Shown: positions 35,299-38,002 of the stretch, piece after piece | Layout: every line of letters begins with the position of its first letter | Numbering within the stretch: position 1 is the first letter of the stretch | Source: Planctomycetia bacterium | GTDB taxonomy: Bacteria > Planctomycetota > Planctomycetia > Planctomycetales > Planctomycetaceae | Reading direction: 5' to 3' | DNA length: 38,002 bases | Assembly: GCA_043777235.1 (NCBI GenBank) | Contig: JAYVQJ010000121.1 | Span: 1 to 38,002, forward strand | The notes under the pieces: generated by a model | Seen by the model: only the letters and a program-made list of their open reading frames with translations | Database searches by the model: none | Told to the model about the DNA's origin: nothing | Translations under genes and position numbers: made by a program

Positions 35299-36531
35299 AT
35301 GGCCCGCATCAACGAAAATTATCTGAAGCTCAAAGCGGGATATCTCTTCCCGGAAATTGGTCGCCGAGTCGCGAAGTTCGCAGCGGAAAATCCCTCGGCC
35401 AACATCATTCGGCTGGGGATCGGCGACGTCACCGAGCCGCTCATCCCGGCGGTCGTCGCAGCGTTTCATCAGGCGGTCGATGAGATGGCCAAACGCGATA
35501 CGTTCAAAGGCTACGGGCCGGAGCAGGGTTACGAATTCCTGCGGACCGCGATCGCTCAGAACGACTATCAGGCTCGCGGAGCGGACGTGTCGGCGGACGA
35601 GATTTTCGTCTCGGACGGATCGAAGTGTGACACGGGAAACATTCTCGACATCTTCGGTGACGACAACGTCATCGCCATGACCGATCCGGTGTACCCGGTC
35701 TACGTCGATACGAACGTGATGGCGGGACACACCGGCTCGGCCGACGACGCGGGCCGCTACGGCGGGCTGGTCTACATTCCCATGACCGCCGCGAACGGGT
35801 TCACTCCCGCGCTGCCGGATCGGAAGGTCGATCTGATTTATCTCTGCTTCCCGAACAACCCGACGGGGACGGTCATCAGCAAAGAAGCTCTGACGAAGTG
35901 GGTCGAGTACGCAAAGGCCAACGACGCGATCATCCTCTACGACGCGGCCTACGAGTCCTACATCACCGACCCGACGGTGCCGCACTCGATCTTTGAGATT
36001 CCCGGCGCGAAGGAAGTCGCGCTGGAGTTCCGCAGCTTCAGTAAGACCGCCGGCTTCACCGGGACGCGCTGCGCGTTCACGGTCGTCCCGAAAGCATTGA
36101 AGGGGAAGACGAAGTCCGGTCAGAGCGTCGATCTTCACTCGCTCTGGAATCGCCGGCAAAGCACGAAGTTCAACGGCGTGTCGTACCCGGTGCAGAAAGC
36201 CGCCGCTGCGATTTACTCGGCCGAAGGCAAGCAGCAGATTCGCGACATGATTGCGTTTTACCTGACGAACGCTCGACTGATTCGCGAGGGCTTGCAGCGA
36301 GCTAACATCGAAGTCCACGGCGGCGTGAACGCTCCGTATGTCTGGCTGAAGACTCCGCACACTCTGTCGAGCTGGGACTTCTTCGACTTGTTGCTGTCGA
36401 AGGCTCACCTCGTCGGCACACCTGGAAGTGGCTTCGGAGCGGCGGGCGAAGGCTACTTCCGACTGTCCGCCTTCAACAGCCGCGAGAAAGTCGAAGAGGC
36501 AGTCGCGCGGTTCCAAAAAGTGGTGGGCTGA
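35299..36531 (+). CDS. dapL: LL-diaminopimelate aminotransferase
   Basis: [24 protein letters not shown]...[12 protein letters not shown]...[13 protein letters not shown] (PLP lysine) is the canonical DapL sequence pattern. Confidence 0.95.
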   Translation: MARINENYLKLKAGYLFPEIGRRVAKFAAENPSANIIRLGIGDVTEPLIPAVVAAFHQAVDEMAKRDTFKGYGPEQGYEFLRTAIAQNDYQARGADVSADEIFVSDGSKCDTGNILDIFGDDNVIAMTDPVYPVYVDTNVMAGHTGSADDAGRYGGLVYIPMTAANGFTPALPDRKVDLIYLCFPNNPTGTVISKEALTKWVEYAKANDAIILYDAAYESYITDPTVPHSIFEIPGAKEVALEFRSFSKTAGFTGTRCAFTVVPKALKGKTKSGQSVDLHSLWNRRQSTKFNGVSYPVQKAAAAIYSAEGKQQIRDMIAFYLTNARLIREGLQRANIEVHGGVNAPYVWLKTPHTLSSWDFFDLLLSKAHLVGTPGSGFGAAGEGYFRLSAFNSREKVEEAVARFQKVVG

Positions 36532-36535
36532 AAAC

Positions 36536-36661
36536 GTAGCCCTCTCGCTCCGCGAGAGGAAAGCCGAACGTCTCTCGACATTCGATCTCACGGTCAACAC
36601 GTCATGGGACATGACAGCGCAATTCGCGCTCGGCTGTCCTCTCGCGGAGCGAGAGGGCTAC
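36536..36661. repeat. Palindromic element, family S, intergenic copy (C/G stem variant)
   Basis: gtagccctctcgctccgcgagaggaaagccga (from 36536) pairs with tcggctgtcctctcgcggagcgagagggctac (to 36661). Each arm is GTAG plus its own 8-bp hairpin cctctcgc/gcgagagg. Confidence 0.9.
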
Positions 36662-36683
36662 AGTGGCTCAAACGAGGTGCCGT

Positions 36684-36905
36684 ATGTGGTTTTACTACGT
36701 CTTCGGAAGTTTCTTCGGTGGGCTGCTGGCCTTCCTGGTGTTGAGCGTCCTCATTCTGTTGGTCGTCTGCTGGTGTTGTGGCGTGAGTCTCGATTCGCTG
36801 TTGGATTGGGGAGACCAGAAGGCATCGCTGACCTGTTTTCATTGCGGTCAGCAAACCTCGGCCAGCGGCAAGACGTGCGAGCACTGCGGCGGCGAACTGC
36901 AATGA
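36684..36905 (+). CDS. Small membrane-anchored zinc-ribbon protein, paralog 1
   Basis: 73 aa from the ATG at 36684 (GAGG about 8 nt upstream). One N-terminal transmembrane helix (FFGGLLAFLVLSVLILLVVCWCC). The C-terminal LTCFHCGQQTSASGKTCEHCGGEL is a CxxC-x11-CxxC motif. Confidence 0.6.
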   Translation: MWFYYVFGSFFGGLLAFLVLSVLILLVVCWCCGVSLDSLLDWGDQKASLTCFHCGQQTSASGKTCEHCGGELQ

Positions 36906-36918
36906 CGAAGGGCGGACC

Positions 36919-37122
36919 ATGATGGGCTTCGGAATCGTTAATTGGATCTTCCTCGGTGCCACGGTCTTGGCCGTGATCTTCGGATTGGCCAAGGTATTCC
37001 CGATGATGATCGGCTTGTTCAAATCGGTCGGGGCGGGCCATGCGATGCTCACCTGTCCGCATTGCGGTCAGCAAACGTCTCATGCCGGCGGCCAATGCGA
37101 TGCGTGCGGTCGTGAGTTGTGA
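36919..37122 (+). CDS. Small membrane-anchored zinc-ribbon protein, paralog 2
   Basis: 67 aa with a transmembrane helix (IVNWIFLGATVLAVIFGLA). The C-terminal LTCPHCGQQTSHAGGQCDACGREL is the zinc-ribbon motif. It shares the cattgcggtcagcaaac nucleotide block with paralog 1. Confidence 0.6.
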   Translation: MMGFGIVNWIFLGATVLAVIFGLAKVFPMMIGLFKSVGAGHAMLTCPHCGQQTSHAGGQCDACGREL

Positions 37123-37130
37123 ACTTCAAC

Positions 37131-37243
37131 GTAGCCCTGTCGCTCCGCGACAGGAAAGCCGACAGTGCGCGAGGTTAGAGAAAACCAGCAAGCTCGTGAG
37201 TTCCATCCCATCGGCAATTCCTGTCGCGGAGCGACAGGGCTAC
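37131..37243. repeat. Palindromic element, family S, intergenic copy (G/C stem variant)
   Basis: gtagccctgtcgctccgcgacaggaaagccga (from 37131) pairs with tcggcaattcctgtcgcggagcgacagggctac (to 37243). Relative to 36536-36661, the stem position C>G is matched by G>C on the partner strand. Confidence 0.9.
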
Positions 37244-37257
37244 TGTGAACGTGCCTC

Positions 37258-37923
37258 ATGCCCAGCCTCACCGTCGAAAATTATCTCAAAGCCATTTGGC
37301 AGATCGCCGCGACGACAGGTTCGTCGTCGGTCTCGACTGGCAAGCTCGCGCAGAGTTTGAAGGTCTCGCCCGGCACCGTCACCAGCATGCAGAAGGCTCT
37401 GGCTGAGGCGGGGCTCGCCGAGTACCGGCCGTATGAAGGGGTCAGCCTGACCGAAGCGGGGCGCACCCTTGCGCTGCGGATGCTGCGACGACATCGGTTG
37501 ATCGAGTTATTTCTCGTCAAAACGCTCGGCCTGACTTGGGATCAAGTCCACGAGGAAGCCGAGAACATGGAGCACGCGGTCAGCGATTTCCTGATTGACC
37601 GCATCGACGATTACCTCGGCAATCCCGCGTGCGATCCGCACGGCGATCCGATTCCAACAGCCAGCGGTGATCTGCGGACCAATGGCGAGGCAAGCCAGTC
37701 GCTCTGCACCGTTCCCGCCGGATTCAACGTGCGACTGGTCCGCGTGCTGAATCAAGATGCTGACTTCTTGCGCTACCTGACCGAGTCGGACCTGTCGATC
37801 GGCGCGACCGCGTTCGTCGAGCAAGTGAATGACTCCGCTGGACTCGTGTCGCTGCGTCGGGGAGACCGCTCCATCGCGATGGGCCGCGCGGCCGCTGAGC
37901 AGCTAATGGTCGTCGTGCAATGA
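37258..37923 (+). CDS. DtxR/MntR family metal-dependent transcriptional regulator with a C-terminal FeoA/SH3-like domain
   Basis: 221 aa. TVENYLKAIWQI, the wHTH LAQSLKVSPGTVTSM, RRHRLIELFL, EEAENMEHAVS (metal ligands), and a C-terminal SH3-like segment. Confidence 0.9.
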   Translation: MPSLTVENYLKAIWQIAATTGSSSVSTGKLAQSLKVSPGTVTSMQKALAEAGLAEYRPYEGVSLTEAGRTLALRMLRRHRLIELFLVKTLGLTWDQVHEEAENMEHAVSDFLIDRIDDYLGNPACDPHGDPIPTASGDLRTNGEASQSLCTVPAGFNVRLVRVLNQDADFLRYLTESDLSIGATAFVEQVNDSAGLVSLRRGDRSIAMGRAAAEQLMVVVQ

Positions 37924-37945
37924 CACTCGGACTTCGTTCGTGCAT

Positions 37946-38002
37946 GGCTGGCTAGTTCTTCAAACGTAGGGTGCGGTCGAGTCATCGAGACCCACCACTT
38001 GT
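37946..38002. repeat. Left half of the composite family-V element, cut by the window end
   Basis: ggctggctagtt...aacgtagggtgcggtcgagtcatcgagacccacc reproduces the order of the middle and inner arms seen at 23455-23515. Confidence 0.8.

Noticed and set aside
35239-36612. 457-aa minus-strand ORF opposite dapL
   Set aside because: It is antisense to a canonical DapL frame, and its ends read through palindromic repeats.
37163-37182. Possible DtxR box (aggttagagaaaacc) upstream of the DtxR-family gene
   Set aside because: Only one half-site resembles the TWAGGTWAGSCTWACCTWA consensus. The second half does not, and the site sits in the loop of a repeat element.

Overview
This is a high-GC (about 58-60% by hand count) bacterial chromosomal window. 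The gene content looks planctomycete (Pirellulales-like): DUF1559, DUF1080 and DUF1028 proteins, Tat-signal Gfo/Idh/MocA and sugar-phosphate isomerase proteins, and one giant secreted multidomain protein. That taxonomic placement is inference only. Confident housekeeping genes are leuA, xylA, hisI, hisG and dapL. The remaining genes are accessory: a membrane spermidine-synthase-like protein, a CE7 acetyl-xylan esterase, a CocE/NonD hydrolase, a cupin, a YtrA-type GntR plus ABC ATPase plus permease operon, a PAQR/hemolysin-III protein, an M50 protease and a DtxR-family regulator. An MNT-HepT toxin-antitoxin pair sits at 13.1-13.8 kb, next to a low-GC orphan ORF. A patch of decayed addiction modules and DUF1080 gene-tail fragments lies at 16.7-17.8 kb. 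The most striking non-genic signal is that nearly every intergenic spacer holds 50-250 bp palindromic (REP/REPIN/BIME-like) repeats from at least 12 sequence families. Several families share a GTAG (often AACGTAG) leader directly outside a hairpin. Arms in several families show compensatory substitutions. At least three copies are inserted in frame inside otherwise intact protein-coding genes, as Rickettsia RPEs are. A Leu-rich 17-codon mini-ORF followed by a canonical intrinsic terminator lies just upstream of leuA and may be a leader-peptide attenuator. I saw no rRNA, tRNA, CRISPR array, transposase or integrase.
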